64,000 nt of DNA from Neoechinorhynchus agilis (lineage: Eukaryota > Animalia > Acanthocephala), in NCBI GenBank assembly GCA_051530055.1, contig CM121341.1:7232784-7296783 (forward strand). The letters run 5' to 3'. Shown here piece after piece: positions 24,537 to 37,425 of the stretch. The notes below the pieces were generated by a model, which saw only the letters and a program-made list of their open reading frames with translations, was not told the DNA's origin and did not search any database. The translations under genes and the position numbers were made by a program. The number at the start of each line of letters is the position of its first letter. The first letter of the stretch is position 1.

Positions 24537-26095
24537 GATTTACAAAAAGAACAGCCTATAATTTTAAAACTCATTGATATTGTAAATTTTTAAGCTGCAA
24601 ACGAGCTGATTGTTGCTTTAAAGAATCATCTCTCCTTACTCTAGGACTACATTTACAAAAAGAACAGCCTATAATTTATAAAACTCATTAATATTGTAAA
24701 TTTTTAAGCTGCAAACGAGCTGATTGTTCCTTTAAAGAATCATCTCTCCTTACTCTAGGACTACATTTACAAAAAGAACAGCCTATAATTTATAAAACTT
24801 ATTAATATTGTAAATTTTTAAGCTGCAAACGAGCTGATTGTTGCTTTAAAGAATCATCTCTCCTTACTCTAGGACTACATTTACAAAAAGAACAGCCTAT
24901 AATTTATAAAACTTATTAATATTGTAAATTTTTAAGCGGCAAACGAGCTGATTGTTGCTTTAAAGAATCATCTCTCCTTACTCTAGGACTACATTTACAA
25001 AAAGAACAGCCTATAATTTATAAAACTCATTGATATTGTAAATTCTTAAGCTGCAAACGAGCTGATTGTTCCTTTAAAGAATCATCTCTCCTTACTCTAG
25101 GACTACATTTACAAAAAGAACAGCCCATAATTTATAAAACTCATTGATATTGTAAATTCTTAAGCTGCAAACGAGCTGATTGTTCCTTTAAAGAATCATC
25201 TCTCCTTGCTCTAGGACTACATTTACAAAAAGAACAGCCCATAATTTATAAAACTCATTGATATTGTAAATTTTTAAGCTGCAAACGAGCTGATTGTTCC
25301 TTTAAAGAATCATCTCTCCTTACTCTAGGACTACATTTACAAAAAGAACAGCCTATAATTTATAAAACTCATTGATATTGTAAATTCTTAAGCTGCAAAC
25401 GAGCTGATTGTTCCTTTAAAGAATCATCTCTCCTTACTCTAGGACTACATTTACAAAAAGAACAGCCTATAATTTATAAAACTTATTAATATTGTAAATT
25501 TTTAAGCTGCAAACGAGCTGATTGTTGCTTTAAAGATTCATCTCCCCTTACTCAGGACTACATTTACAAAAAGAACAGCCTATAATTTATAAAACTCATT
25601 GATATTGTAAATTCTTAAGCTGCAAACGAGCTGATTGTTCCTTTAAAGAATCATCTCTCCTTACTCTAGGACTACATTTACAAAAAGAACAGCCTATAAT
25701 TTATAAAACTCATTGATATTGTAAATTTTTAAGCTGCAAACGAGCTGATTGTTGCTTTAAAGATTCATCTCTCCTTACTCTAGGACTACATTTACAAAAA
25801 GAACAGCCTATAATTTATAAAACTCATTGATATTGTAAATTCTTAAGCTGCAAACGAGCTGATTGTTCCTTTAAAGAATCATCTCTCCTTACTCTAGGAC
25901 TACATTTACAAAAAGAACAGCCTATAATTTATAAAACTTATTAATATTGTAAATTTTTAAGCTGCAAACGAGCTGATTGTTGCTTTAAAGATTCATCTCT
26001 CCTTACTCTAGGACCACGTTTACAAAAAGAACAGCCTATAATTTATAAAACTCATTGATATTGTAAATTTTTAAGCGGCAAACGAGCTGATTTTT
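24537..26095. repeat. 114-bp tandem satellite, ~14 copies
   Basis: Unit atttacaaaaagaacagcctataatttataaaactcattgatattgtaaatttttaagctgcaaacgagctgattgttgctttaaagaatcatctctccttactctaggactac. Confidence 0.95.
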
Positions 26096-26142
26096 TTTAC
26101 GCCCTTTAATAGTTTATTCTGAATGGTTACTTTTCTTTACAT

Positions 26143-26293
26143 TCACCACCTCCCCCCGAATTCCAGCTTTTGTCCTTCCTCGACCGTCGCCATCACGCTG
26201 GCAGCATTGCCCCGTTGTACTGCTAGCGAGATATTTTGTCGAAGGAATACGCCTGCTCTTGAGTCTCCGGTTGCCTCTCTCAATTTCTTCGAG
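26143..26293 (-). mobile_element. 5'-truncated CRE-like 3' end
   Basis: Encodes SKKLREATGDSRAGVFLRQNISLAVQRGNAASVMATV; near-identical to the 34922-35075 part of the second copy. Confidence 0.75.
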
Positions 26294-27129
26294 GACTTAT
26301 TACTATTGTAATCTTTTAAGCGACAAAAAGCTAATTGCTGCTTTAAAGAATCATCTTCTTACCTCTTAGACAAGATTTACAAAAAACTAAATTTTTTAGG
26401 CGGCAAACAAACCTAATGACCTTTAGAATTAGATTTACAGGAACTTGCTCAATACTTTTGGTTCTAAGTGATTTGGGAGGTTGACTTCAATTCTTAGACC
26501 TGAATATAATCAATACTTGTAGAGGTCATCAATTCGTGTTCGGTGATCTTGGCAATTCGATTTCCATTGAGTACTTTTAAGTAGCTATCTGCTTATGCAC
26601 TCGTCTGAAATCCGTTCTCGTTTTGATGAATAAGTTTTACTGGATCTAGAATCTAGCTATCGTTTTATTTTCCCGATATTATTATGCTTGTAATTGAGCA
26701 CAATCTGAAAATCTATAAGATCGAACGCTCCGATTTAAAAAAATCGTGATAGCAAGTTGTTTCTTAATGTCTTCATCTTTACAATATTTCACTTTTTGAC
26801 AAGTAGTTCGCTTCTCGTTGGATACTTTAAATGGATGAAGTAGCGTTTCTGACGGTTGCCCTTTTCCGAATAGAGCAACCTGATACAACGTGATTGTCCT
26901 CTTTGACCTTATTCTCCCCCGTCAACCTTTTATGTTCCTGATATAAATTCTTCGTCTAGTGAAACCGGAACAATTAGTTTTCCTCAAAGAATTGTTTTAA
27001 GTGAATCACAACAATTTTTCTGATTTTCTAATGCTAACTCCGATCCATAAAACCTGTAATATTTGGTCAAACTTTTGCTGCTTCGCTTGTTTTCGTCCGA
27101 TTTTCAAAAGTAATAACTTGTTAAAAAGG

Positions 27130-28180
27130 ATTAGGTTTCTAGCAAGCTTGGCAACTTAAAAATGGGTAATTAATAGGCAAATAATAAAATTGCGAGTCAG
27201 TAATAAGTTCTTTAATTCAGTATTGAAAAACTGGCCTGCGCCGATGAATAGGGGCGTCGAAGAAACTATAAATTATGTATGCTCTTAAAAAAAATTCATG
27301 GGGAATCGACTTTATCCTTAAAGTTTTTCTTTATATGAGTGATCTTGTAAAACTTGTTTCCGTTGAAAATTATGATTTGTTGCACCTTTAGGAAATAAAC
27401 AATACAGTAAAAAATTAGAATATCTATAAAAATACCACGACATTTCAATGATCGGGTCAAAAATATTCATACAAAGCTGATAATTATTGTAGAACGCGGA
27501 GGTTGTATTAAAAATTGTTTCTAAAATTTGAACCGTTAGAAAATAAACAATACAGTAAAAATTTAGAAAATCTATAAAAATAGTATGGCATTTCAATGAT
27601 CGAACCAAAAGTTTCATGCACAAATGAGATAATTATTCTAGAACGCGGAGGTAGTATTAAAAATTGTTTCTAAAATTTTATTAAAAATTTTTCGAACCAA
27701 AAGTTTCATACAAAAATGAGATAATTATTGTGAAACGCGAAGGTAGTATTAAAAATTGTTTCTAAAATTTTATTAAAAACTTTTCGAACCAAAAGTTTCA
27801 TACAAAAATGAGATAATTATTGTAGAACGCGGAGGTAGTATTAAAAATTGTTTCTAAAATTTTATTAAAAATTTTTCGAACCAAAAGTTTCATACAAAAA
27901 TGAGATAATTATTGTAGAACGCGAAGGTAGTATTAAAAATTGTTTCTAAAATTTTATTAAAAATTTTTCGAACTAAAAGTTTCATACAAAAATGAGATAA
28001 TTATTGTGGAACGCGGAGGTAGTATTAAAAATTGTTTCTAAAATTTTATTAAAAACTTTTCGAACCAAAAGTTTCATACATAAATGAGATAAACGCGGAG
28101 GTAGTATTAAAAATTGTTTCTAAAATTTTATTAAAAAATTTTCGAACTAAGAGTTTTATACACAAATGAGATAATTATTG
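27130..28180. repeat. second copy of the composite leader plus 92-bp minisatellite (6-7 units)
   Basis: Same leader (ctagcaagctt...ggggaatcgac..tatccttaaagtttttcttt...gatttgttgcacctttaggaaataaac) and unit as 21550-22735, same orientation. Confidence 0.9.
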
Positions 28181-29144
28181 TATCAATATTACGATCCTTT
28201 CTAATTCCGTATAAAAATCTTTTTTGAATTAGGATATTTCGTTAACAATGAATGCTGAAGCGAGGTTTCCTAGAGAAAAAATCTTTTCAGCTCTAAAATC
28301 TCGAAGGATTATCTCATGATGAAGATATGGTTCATAGCTTAAAACAAAGAAATCCCAACGAATTTATCGAGAACTCGGTTACTCTTAACGACTGCTGTAA
28401 AAATTGGCGTCCGAAAAACCCCGATTTAACACAATAATTATAAAATTTCGAATTTTTGATCTTTTCGCCATAAACCAAGGAAACCAAATCCTTTGCTACT
28501 AGGAATTAAATTCGGTTTTGGGTCTTAATTTAGTTTGGGGTTATTTGCAGCATTACTTACTCTGATTTTTACACAAAATCTTCATTTCTTAATCCATTTA
28601 ATCTTCTACTGTTCTTCTACACCCCTTTGTCGATCAAAACGTTAGAGAATTTCTCTTGTCTAAAATTACAATTTTTCTTCTTATGTCTTGCGTCGGACGA
28701 GCAGCGTAGAAAACCCTTCATGTTATTATCGAAAACCAACACCGATTCTTCATCTCGAGGCCTTCACCTTTCATCATCTCGAGAGAGAGGATGTCAACAA
28801 GCATTTTACAAGGAGATACGACACTTTTGGATTTATTTGGTATCCTTTTTAATTTCATTCTGTTTTGCCTTTAATACAAATTCTCTCGATTTAATATTGC
28901 CGATTTTCGCTTATAAGGACAACGAAATCTCACGTAATCCCTACGCTTCCGTGGTCTCCAGTGATTTCATAACGAATACCGCTAATCAGGTCAATGCCGA
29001 GAAGTTCTCAAGTTTCCCATTTAACCAATGCTTCTTTAAACTTACTATTTTTAATAATGTTAAAATTAAAAATTCCTAGTATCATCCGCACTAATTATTG
29101 CTGCTTTTTAAGTTTTCCTAAAGATATGAAGGAATTTTTGATTA

Positions 29145-30060
29145 AACAAGTTTTCAATCTATTGAGCTAAATTGTGTTTTTAAATGGAAAGATAAAAGAT
29201 TTCCCCACCCAAATGTCCATTTCGAAAATCAAAACTTGATCACTTAAAGATTTTAATCTATTGAGCTAATTTTTGTTTTTAAATGGAAAAGATTTTCCAC
29301 TCAAATGTCCATTTCGAAAACCAAAACTTGATCATTGAAGCGGCTTAAAAATCTAGTAGTATTTCAAAAGGTTTCAATCTATTGAGTTAATTTTTGTTTT
29401 TAAATGGAAAAGATTTCCCCACCCAAATGTCCATTTCGAAAACCAAAACTTGATCACTTAAAGATTTTAATCTATTGAGTTAATTTTTAAATGGAAAAGA
29501 TTTTCCCACCCAAATGTCCATTTCGAAAACCAAAACTTGATCATTTAAAGATTTTAATCTATTGAGCTAATTTTTGTTTTTAAATGGAAAAGATTTTCCA
29601 CTCAAATGTCCATTTCGAAAACCAAAACTTGATCATTGAAGCGTCTTAAAAATCTAGTAGTATTTCAAAAGGTTTCAATCTATTGAGCTAATTTTTGTTT
29701 TTAAATGGAAAAGATTTCCCCACCCAAATGTCCATTTCGAAAACCAAAACTTGATCACTTAAAGATTTTAATCTATTGAACTAATTTTTGTCTTTAAATG
29801 GAAAAGATTTTCCCACTCAAATGTCCATTTCGAAAACCAAAACTTGATCACTTAAAGATTTTAATCTATTGAGTTAATTTTTAAATGGAAAAGATTTTCC
29901 CACCCAAATGTCCATTTCGAAAACCAAAACTTGATCACTTAAAGATTTTAATCTATTGAGCTAATTTTTGTTTTTAAATGGAAAAGATTTTCCCACCCAA
30001 ATGTCCATTTCGAAAACCAAAACTTGATCATTGAAGCGGCTTAAAAATCAAGTAGTATTT
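29145..30060. repeat. 87-93/121-bp tandem satellite, ~9 units
   Basis: Core aatctattgagctaatttttgtttttaaatggaaaagattttcccacccaaatgtccatttcgaaaaccaaaacttgatca; some units carry a ~30-bp extension. Confidence 0.93.
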
Positions 30061-32506
30061 CAAAAGATTAATTTTTTGAGTGAAAATAAGCCGGACTCTG
30101 TCACTACGAAACCCTTGAAACATGCTCAACTTGTAACCGCGAGCCATTTGCTACTGCAATTTCATTTTCACATATTGATTACTTCGAATACTTTACCCGT
30201 TTTTCCTCGCTTATGCTCATAAATTTGATTTTAAACATTAGAATCAATTCTTTATAATAATATTCATTTGTTTCTACCAAAAACGAAGATTGATAAATTT
30301 CGAAAGTATACTCTCTTGGAAGTGTGGGGAATGTTATCACCGAGAAGATCTCACCTCAGTCATCTTGTGAGACGAAAATCTATTTATGCCTATCAGCTTT
30401 GTCGATAGTTTACAAGTCGCCGGGAATTGTGTCCAATGTCTCGGCGTTCGGGTGATGATCGAAGAATTTTTCATTGTTAAATAGTTTTTCTGCTCTTTCA
30501 AATGTGCCTTGTGAAATTCAAAGTTATACTGAATCTGCCCCTAAAGTACGACCGCTTTCGGTACTCTAAAATGCAAATTTGAGCATTCGAGTAAACTATT
30601 TTTCGCATCGATTTTGACCAGAAAAGTTCTAATCTGCGCAAAATGCCCTGAACAATACGGTTATAAGTATGTACCAATGCCCCAGTTGAATTTTATTCTG
30701 TTCAGCGTTATATTTCGTCCGTTTTGGTTGGACAACTTTGTTTACACCGATAAATGTAACCGGCTGAGCCACGTCTATGCTATTTGGGTATTCTTGTTAT
30801 ATTAATTTTTGGATACAAACATGGCTCCTTTCACTCCCCAAATCCTACTTTTCTCATATATTTTACCTTGAGGTGTCAAAAGACGTTATGAAGATCTGAA
30901 GAAAATATTGTTATTCTGCCCCGTTGCCAGAATTCCGTCCTTTGTTTTTTTTGGCACTATCGCCTACCATATAGAACCCGTCACTCGATCAACGACTACT
31001 AATACGTTTCGGTGAACCGTTTTTTAGTGTTTTGACCCGATGAACAGTAGCAAGTGTTCAGTTAAAAGGTTTGAGATTCTCATTGTTTTTGTGGCACTCG
31101 CAATTGATCAACACCGTTCGTGATGCAGAAACAAAGCTCCATTTACTTAGCAAACGCTCCTGTTCGAGCGCATATTTGCTTTCTCGTGGTGCTATAACAC
31201 TCTTCATTGTTCTTTGAAGACAACCAATACTTTCTTTGATAGGGAAGTGCTCTTGCATCTTAACTGTTAGATAGTATAAGAAATTCGGACACTCGTTTCG
31301 ACTACACTGACCCCATGAATCCATACGATGTTTGGGCATAATAAATAGGACTATCTTAGCCGAAAACTCGAATTGTTTGTTTTTGAACTCTAGTAAGACT
31401 GATCATTAGATTAGGATTTTATAGCATTTGTCCAAAGTGACCAATGGGATCTTGTATTGATTCCCACGTCGGCATCATTATCGTACACCGAAGGCATACT
31501 TTTAGCATTCTCTGGAGATTAAAGATCTCTATTAGTATGGTAGACAGATGGCTTTATGAGCTCGGAATACATCTCTTGCCCCGGTCCATATGCATAATCT
31601 GGTCATTAGCCCTTTGGCTCCAGTTCCCGTTTCCATTTCATGAATCAATGAGCGTAACATGTTATGTAATTTTTTCCTCTCAAATCTTAAAATAAGAGGC
31701 AATGGACGCTACAAAAGATGCGGGAAAATGAATTTTCTTTAGGCTCTCAATCTAGACCAACTGATTTTTCATCAGGAGAAGTGCGTGGTTTTTTTTACCA
31801 TGGACTGTATTTCTTAAAGACTTTTCGTGTTGTAACTGTGCCTAAACTTCCGACATTTTCTAATCAAATGGTCATTAAAAGCGAAAATTAGAACCACTTC
31901 GACTCCTATCCTAATTATTCATATCCTCAAATTGTTATCTTCAAACATTTATAGCTTTATACTTTCTAGAACACACTTTCATTCTTTAGCAATTCAAAAT
32001 CGCTCTTTTCAAGTATGTAAATTTATTAAAGGATTTGCATTTACATGAATGCTGATTTTGAGTTTTATAACATTTCTGAAGAGTAAATAACGGATATTCT
32101 TAGGACATGTTGCAATGTCATTATGCCTTCTTCTTTGTTACAAGATTTTCTCATCCCGCTGCATTTGTCTTCTAGTCTTCATCATTGGTGCAAACAAGAC
32201 GTTTCCAAACACAAAAATGCAATCCTCTTAGGTTTCGCAAACCATTTACTCTTGGTACCAGTCACATATCAAAGTACTGAGAAAGAGTTAAACTTTTTCT
32301 AAGAGATCGTTTCGATCTCGATTGTCGGTTTTCCATTTTGAAAAAAAGCGACGATTTTTCCCTATGTAATCCGCCGCGTAATTCCGTGAAAGCAAACGCA
32401 AAACCTGCCCCGTTTCCCCAATTTCTATTTCAGGTCATCCACCTCCTCTCAACACTGCTCAAGCAGTCCGTCTACGCAGGATAACCCGCTGATCAACTTG
32501 ACGAAA

Positions 32507-34657
32507 ATGACTTTAGTTGAGACTGTGAGCTTCAGCACCAGTGACTTTACTGACAATTTCTTGACCTGTCCAACATGTCTTGCTGGTTTCAACGACTCCG
32601 AGAAAGCTCCTAAACTCCTTCCATGCTCGCATACGGTCTGTAGGGATTGTCTTGAGCAGATAGTTCGACAGCAGCGGCTTCCATCAGAGGAGCATGATGG
32701 TTCGCTCAGCGTTCATCAAGCATCCGGATCATCAGCAGAAGCATTCCGGTGTCCGGTATGTCGAAAAGCGATTCTTTTACCACGAGGAGGTCTCAACAGT
32801 CTTCCACCGAGTTATATAGTCAATCGTTTGATGGATCTTATTAAACACAAAAAACAACGTGATTTTATTCCGAAGTGTAAAACGCATTCGTATGAATCTC
32901 TCCTATTCTGTGAGACGTGCGATTGCATTTTCTGTCCTCTATGTGATAACACCCACCATCAACGGAGATCCGCCTCGGATCACATTGTAGTTCCATTCGC
33001 GACCGCCCTTAAACGAATGACGGAAATCCTGCACTACAAATGCGCTCAGTGTAGATGTTCCCTTGACGATGCAACCGGTAGTATCCGTACTGAAATGGAG
33101 CGTCTTGATCAAAGTGTCGAGGCTGCAAGAAATGCTATAAAGAATTCATTCAAAGAAATAATGAATCACGTCGAGCAGCGACGTGACCAACTTATCGATT
33201 CGCTCAATATGCTTAAGCAACAGAAAATGCAAGCGTTAGCTGAACAACTAAAACTAGTCGGAAACGAGCGGTCCAAGATTGACGTCGAATGGATTGAACT
33301 TGAGACTAATCCTGACATTCGAGCAATGAGTGCTGAAATTGAACGGCTCAACGGCAGACTAGATACTTGTCAGCTTTTGTCTGAACCAAGGGAAAACAGT
33401 TTCCTCAGATTCGAGTTCAGGCATAATAATGCCCTATGCGACCTTAGTCACGCTATTTCATCTTTCGGGCGTCTTCGAGTTTCAAACACTTATCCACCCT
33501 TGTGTACGGCTAAGATTGACGGAAACGTCTGTGGAGTTACGTGTTCGGTTCATGTAACCGCTATCGATTACAATGGAAATGTTCAAAACGTCGGGGGCGA
33601 TCCATTGTCTGTGTCTGTCACTAATCCCAAAGGCGAATCAATTCCTTATCAATTGTCGGACTCCCTGACAGGTTCATATAAGATTGCCTTTCTGCCACAA
33701 TGTTCAGGACGTTACAGAATTGATGTACGAATATTCAATCGGCCGATACATGGTTCACCTTTAGAGGTTCATATAAGCGATCACAATAATCCAATTTGGA
33801 AAGAACGTAGTCCTAACTTAATATCAATGCCAACTGCAATATGCCTGCTAAACTCATCGATACTCCTTGTCCTTAGCACTGGTAACCGGAAGTTGTTAAA
33901 AATATCGACAGAGACCGGGGACATTATTGAAGATATTAAACTCACTGAAAAACTCACTTATTCAACTATTGGACTCTGCCTCTGCAGTCAAACTGCATAT
34001 ATCCTTGACTGGCGATCTTCATCCAAGCTCACAAGCTTGACTTTAAGTGCAAATGGAGATGTTTTGGAACAGAGACTTATTGAAGTCCAATGTGACTTTA
34101 TCGAACCTGTTATGATTACAAGCGGACAAACATGGGACACTTTACCTGCATCTCGTTCTTATCCATTTAACTTGTTCATCTATGATAGTGCGTTGAACGC
34201 CATAAACGTCCTTGGTCCAGAAGGACAGTTCATCCGAACTCTTCCAACAGATCCACATTACGTTCGTTGTATCTGCACTCTGCCAACGACTGCAAGTATT
34301 CTCTTTTCTTCGAAACGTGGGATTTACTTTCTTGATCCTGATGCTTCTATCCCTCAACTTATTTCTGACCAGACTTGTACATTCACCAGTATGTTTTGCC
34401 CATCCGACTGCGAACTCATTGGAGCACGTTCATTGAGAGATGAAAACCGGTGTCTCATCGAAGTTTACGAACTTTGTGTTCAAACAAACGCATCTAATGC
34501 TGAAATCAATACTGCGAGATGCTTAAAGCTACAACACTGCATTGACAGCTTCTCGTTTCCATTACACTGCCCATCTTCCATGTGCTCGGATTCCGACGGA
34601 CACTTGTTCTGCTCCGACCTTACCAACAGTACAGTCAACAAGTACCGATACGAATAG
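32507..34657 (+). CDS. TRIM2/3-like E3 ligase (RING, B-box, coiled coil, filamin, divergent NHL-like C-terminus), intronless CDS
   Basis: TLVETVSFSTSDF...FLTCPTCL...PKLLPCSHTVCRDCL...FRCPVCR; B-box CKTHSYESLLFCETCD..FC..C; filamin VTAIDYNG...GGD...GSP; terminal HLFCSDLTNSTVNKYRY. Confidence 0.93.
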   Translation: MTLVETVSFSTSDFTDNFLTCPTCLAGFNDSEKAPKLLPCSHTVCRDCLEQIVRQQRLPSEEHDGSLSVHQASGSSAEAFRCPVCRKAILLPRGGLNSLPPSYIVNRLMDLIKHKKQRDFIPKCKTHSYESLLFCETCDCIFCPLCDNTHHQRRSASDHIVVPFATALKRMTEILHYKCAQCRCSLDDATGSIRTEMERLDQSVEAARNAIKNSFKEIMNHVEQRRDQLIDSLNMLKQQKMQALAEQLKLVGNERSKIDVEWIELETNPDIRAMSAEIERLNGRLDTCQLLSEPRENSFLRFEFRHNNALCDLSHAISSFGRLRVSNTYPPLCTAKIDGNVCGVTCSVHVTAIDYNGNVQNVGGDPLSVSVTNPKGESIPYQLSDSLTGSYKIAFLPQCSGRYRIDVRIFNRPIHGSPLEVHISDHNNPIWKERSPNLISMPTAICLLNSSILLVLSTGNRKLLKISTETGDIIEDIKLTEKLTYSTIGLCLCSQTAYILDWRSSSKLTSLTLSANGDVLEQRLIEVQCDFIEPVMITSGQTWDTLPASRSYPFNLFIYDSALNAINVLGPEGQFIRTLPTDPHYVRCICTLPTTASILFSSKRGIYFLDPDASIPQLISDQTCTFTSMFCPSDCELIGARSLRDENRCLIEVYELCVQTNASNAEINTARCLKLQHCIDSFSFPLHCPSSMCSDSDGHLFCSDLTNSTVNKYRYE

Positions 34658-34921
34658 CGAAGAGGTGGAAGGGAATCACCAACAACCCGATATCGCCTAT
34701 TTTGTGTACTTTCTAACAATAAACGATTACTTTAGATTACCAGTGCAAAAGAAATTACGGGCCACAGAAGGACTCTGAGCTCTTGTGTACCACTCTTATG
34801 CAGTTCATTGGAACGACAAATTAAGGTTATAATAACTTTTAAAGGCGAAAATTAGGTTGCGTTAGAAATCCTGTATAATTTTTGAAATTCAATCAATCTT
34901 CATTTCTCGACAATTAACATA

Positions 34922-35165
34922 CTCACCACCTCCCGCCGAATTCCAGCTTTTGTCCTTCCTCGACCGTCGCCATCACGCTGGCAGCATTGCTCCGTTGTAC
35001 TGCTAGCGAGATATTTTGTCGAAGGAATACGCCTGCTCTTGAGTCTCCGGTTGCCTCTATCAATTTCTTCGAGACATCCTTGAGCAGAGAGAGTGCCGAG
35101 CTGCCGAGCGCTCCATATTAGATCTTATCCCTTGCATCTCCAATGCCCAGTCGTCTTTTACTAAG
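34922..35165 (-). mobile_element. 5'-truncated CRE-like 3' end (second copy)
   Basis: YGALGSSALSLLKDVSKKLIEATGDSRAGVFLRQNISLAVQRSNAASVMATVEEG. Confidence 0.75.
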
Positions 35166-36149
35166 AACCTCTAATGCAGATTCCTATGAGTAACAGAAAC
35201 AAACTAGGACTCATCGTAATTAAGCATCAAATGATGAGTGCAAAATTTTGGTTTATAATTTCTTTTTTGCTGTAACACGAAAAGTTCCAAATATTTGCCT
35301 ACGCGTGATTTGTTTAGATGGTTAGACATGAAACGTCCATAGATTTTTATTTTTCATGAACTAATGTGGGGCAAGAAACAAGCTTAATAAATCTGACTAA
35401 GCTCGTTAGAAATCTCTTCTTCCGATTTGATATTGTGAAGAGATTTCTAATGAGCTGATTGTGATAAGACACGAAAAGCGTAGGCTGAATTCACACGTTT
35501 GTTTCTAATTTTTAATCGACTAAAATAATAGTAGATTTATTCTTGGGGTTTTGTTAGAACTTTTTAGGGCAAGAAACAAGCATGCGATTTTTTTTATAAT
35601 CATCCATGTCCACCGCCACTACGGCGTTGGAACTTCTGAACGCCGACAAATTTAAGTCTGTCTGAGGATCCCACCCGAAATAGAGAGAATATTTTATAAG
35701 CCCACAATTCTATAAAACGACGAGATCTTCCTCTGCCATGAGTGCATCTCTGTATCTCTTTCAGAAGATTCACAAACTGATATGCTTTAATCATCGTTTA
35801 TCTAAAACCATCAATGCTTTATTAAGATCGTTTTTACGAATCTCCGTTTCGCAAATCAAGGATAGGCCCACGTTTGAAATGAGATCAGGAAAATGAACGT
35901 TGAATATTACAAAATATTTACGGTCGATGTGAGCTCTCTTTTTACCAATGCCCCACTGTCTAAAACGATTATAATAACACGTTGCTCCTTTGTTCAATCT
36001 TCTGACGACGAAAAGTTTTTGCTGGTGGTGTCGATGCTTCTTTGTTATTTCTACTGAAATTTTTGTTCGGAAAATATATTGTATTATTAATTACCAAAAG
36101 GAAATTGGAACCTTTGGATCCTTATGAACACTAGAGTTCTGATAGGATA

Positions 36150-36720
36150 AATGAATGCGGTTGTTGATTTGGGCGGGTGGGCGAATCGGTGGTTATTGTT
36201 TGCAGGAGCGTTTTTTAAGGTTGGTCTTTCCTCAGAATCATTTCAAGTTCTGGTATTCGATCGAAGATTGGGCAGCATTAAAAAAAGGAGCGTAGGTTTA
36301 GGGAGGTTCGAGGTCGATAAAGGATGAAACGAATTAGGATTACGATTGTTGTGCTCGTGTGAAAATGGGAATAAAATGTGGTAGATTGTTTGTTGAATCG
36401 GGAAATCAATTGTGCAAATTTTAGATGCTCTTCTGTGAAACGTTTCAAATCGAAGGATTAGTGATTGAGGAAGGTTGCAAAAGACGGGATAGCCGTAGGT
36501 TAGGGAAGAGGGTAAAATAAAGCTTTGGTAAAATGTGGAGAGATCGGTCGAAGATTTTAAAGGTATTGCGTTTGAGAGAAAGTGTAATGTGCGAGTCCCA
36601 TTTCAGATTTGATCTAAATTCTAGACCTGGAATTCTGAGGGAGGTGATTCGTAGGATGTCATTTGGAAACTTGAAGTAATTATCTAATCCAATGGTGCAG
36701 GAGTATGACCGTATTTGAAT
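36150..36720 (-). mobile_element. decayed L2/CR1-type LINE ORF2 C-terminal fragment
   Basis: LRIPGLEFRSNLKWDSHI and SLTYGYPVFCNLPQSLILRFETFHRRASKI resemble LGVxxxxxLxWxxHI and LEYAxPVWxxL...LExxQKRAxxII; strong purine/pyrimidine strand bias. Confidence 0.6.
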
Positions 36721-36803
36721 TCAGGTTGCTACATTCTTTTCTCGGCTTTTTGGCATGAAGCCACACAGCTAAATGATTGAATCATTTAGACTCTGATGCA
36801 TAC

Positions 36804-36950
36804 GGTAAAGAGTTTGTAAGAATCCTTCAGGATTCTCAGATACCTCCCGGAGAGGCGACACTCATCAGTGAGTTTCCTGCTCCCTTCAATGGGATATTTC
36901 GTCCCCTTTGGCTCTGCGTCATTGGTGGTAACGGATTCGAACCCATCCAC
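36804..36950 (-). mobile_element. SINE-like element copy A (B-box GGGTTCGAATCC plus hammerhead-core body)
   Basis: Homologous to the copies at 38095, 38270, 49371 and 49735; retains CTGATGA, GGGACGAAA and GGTATCTGAG. Confidence 0.6.
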
Positions 36951-37425
36951 CTTGAAGCAGGGATAAAAACGGAGGTTAGAGTTCGATTGTACACCAATAA
37001 AGGGATCACTCTGGTAAACACTTTTAAGAAAAAGCGAGACAATAGGGACGAACGATTCTTTTCATCAAAAAGAGAATCGCTCGACATAAGCAAGCACACT
37101 TTGAAACATCCCATAAAGATTTTGATGGCTCTCTTACTTTGATGAATTAAAAAAACGTCTTGTTGAGTTCAACGAAATGGAACGAACCAAAACTTTTGCT
37201 TAAAGCGCTATCGACCAGAATCGAAAACGCCACATAACGCAGGGAGCGGTCGGCAATGGCGAACCCGAGCCATACAACAACAAATAACCACAAAACCTTT
37301 TAGATGATGGCGAGGTTTCCCCTTTCGACCTATATCTTAATTCAAAAAATTTACTAAAACTATTTTCTTGATATGATTATCGTTCTCGCTATAGCATTCT
37401 TTATTCTTACCCTACGAAAACGTCC

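Noticed and set aside
28627-29079. 150-aa plus-strand ORF
   Set aside because: Non-ATG start, low-complexity F/S/L composition, no motif.
30600-31700. Possible decayed transposase or gene
   Set aside because: Coding-like composition but no identifiable motif in any frame I translated.
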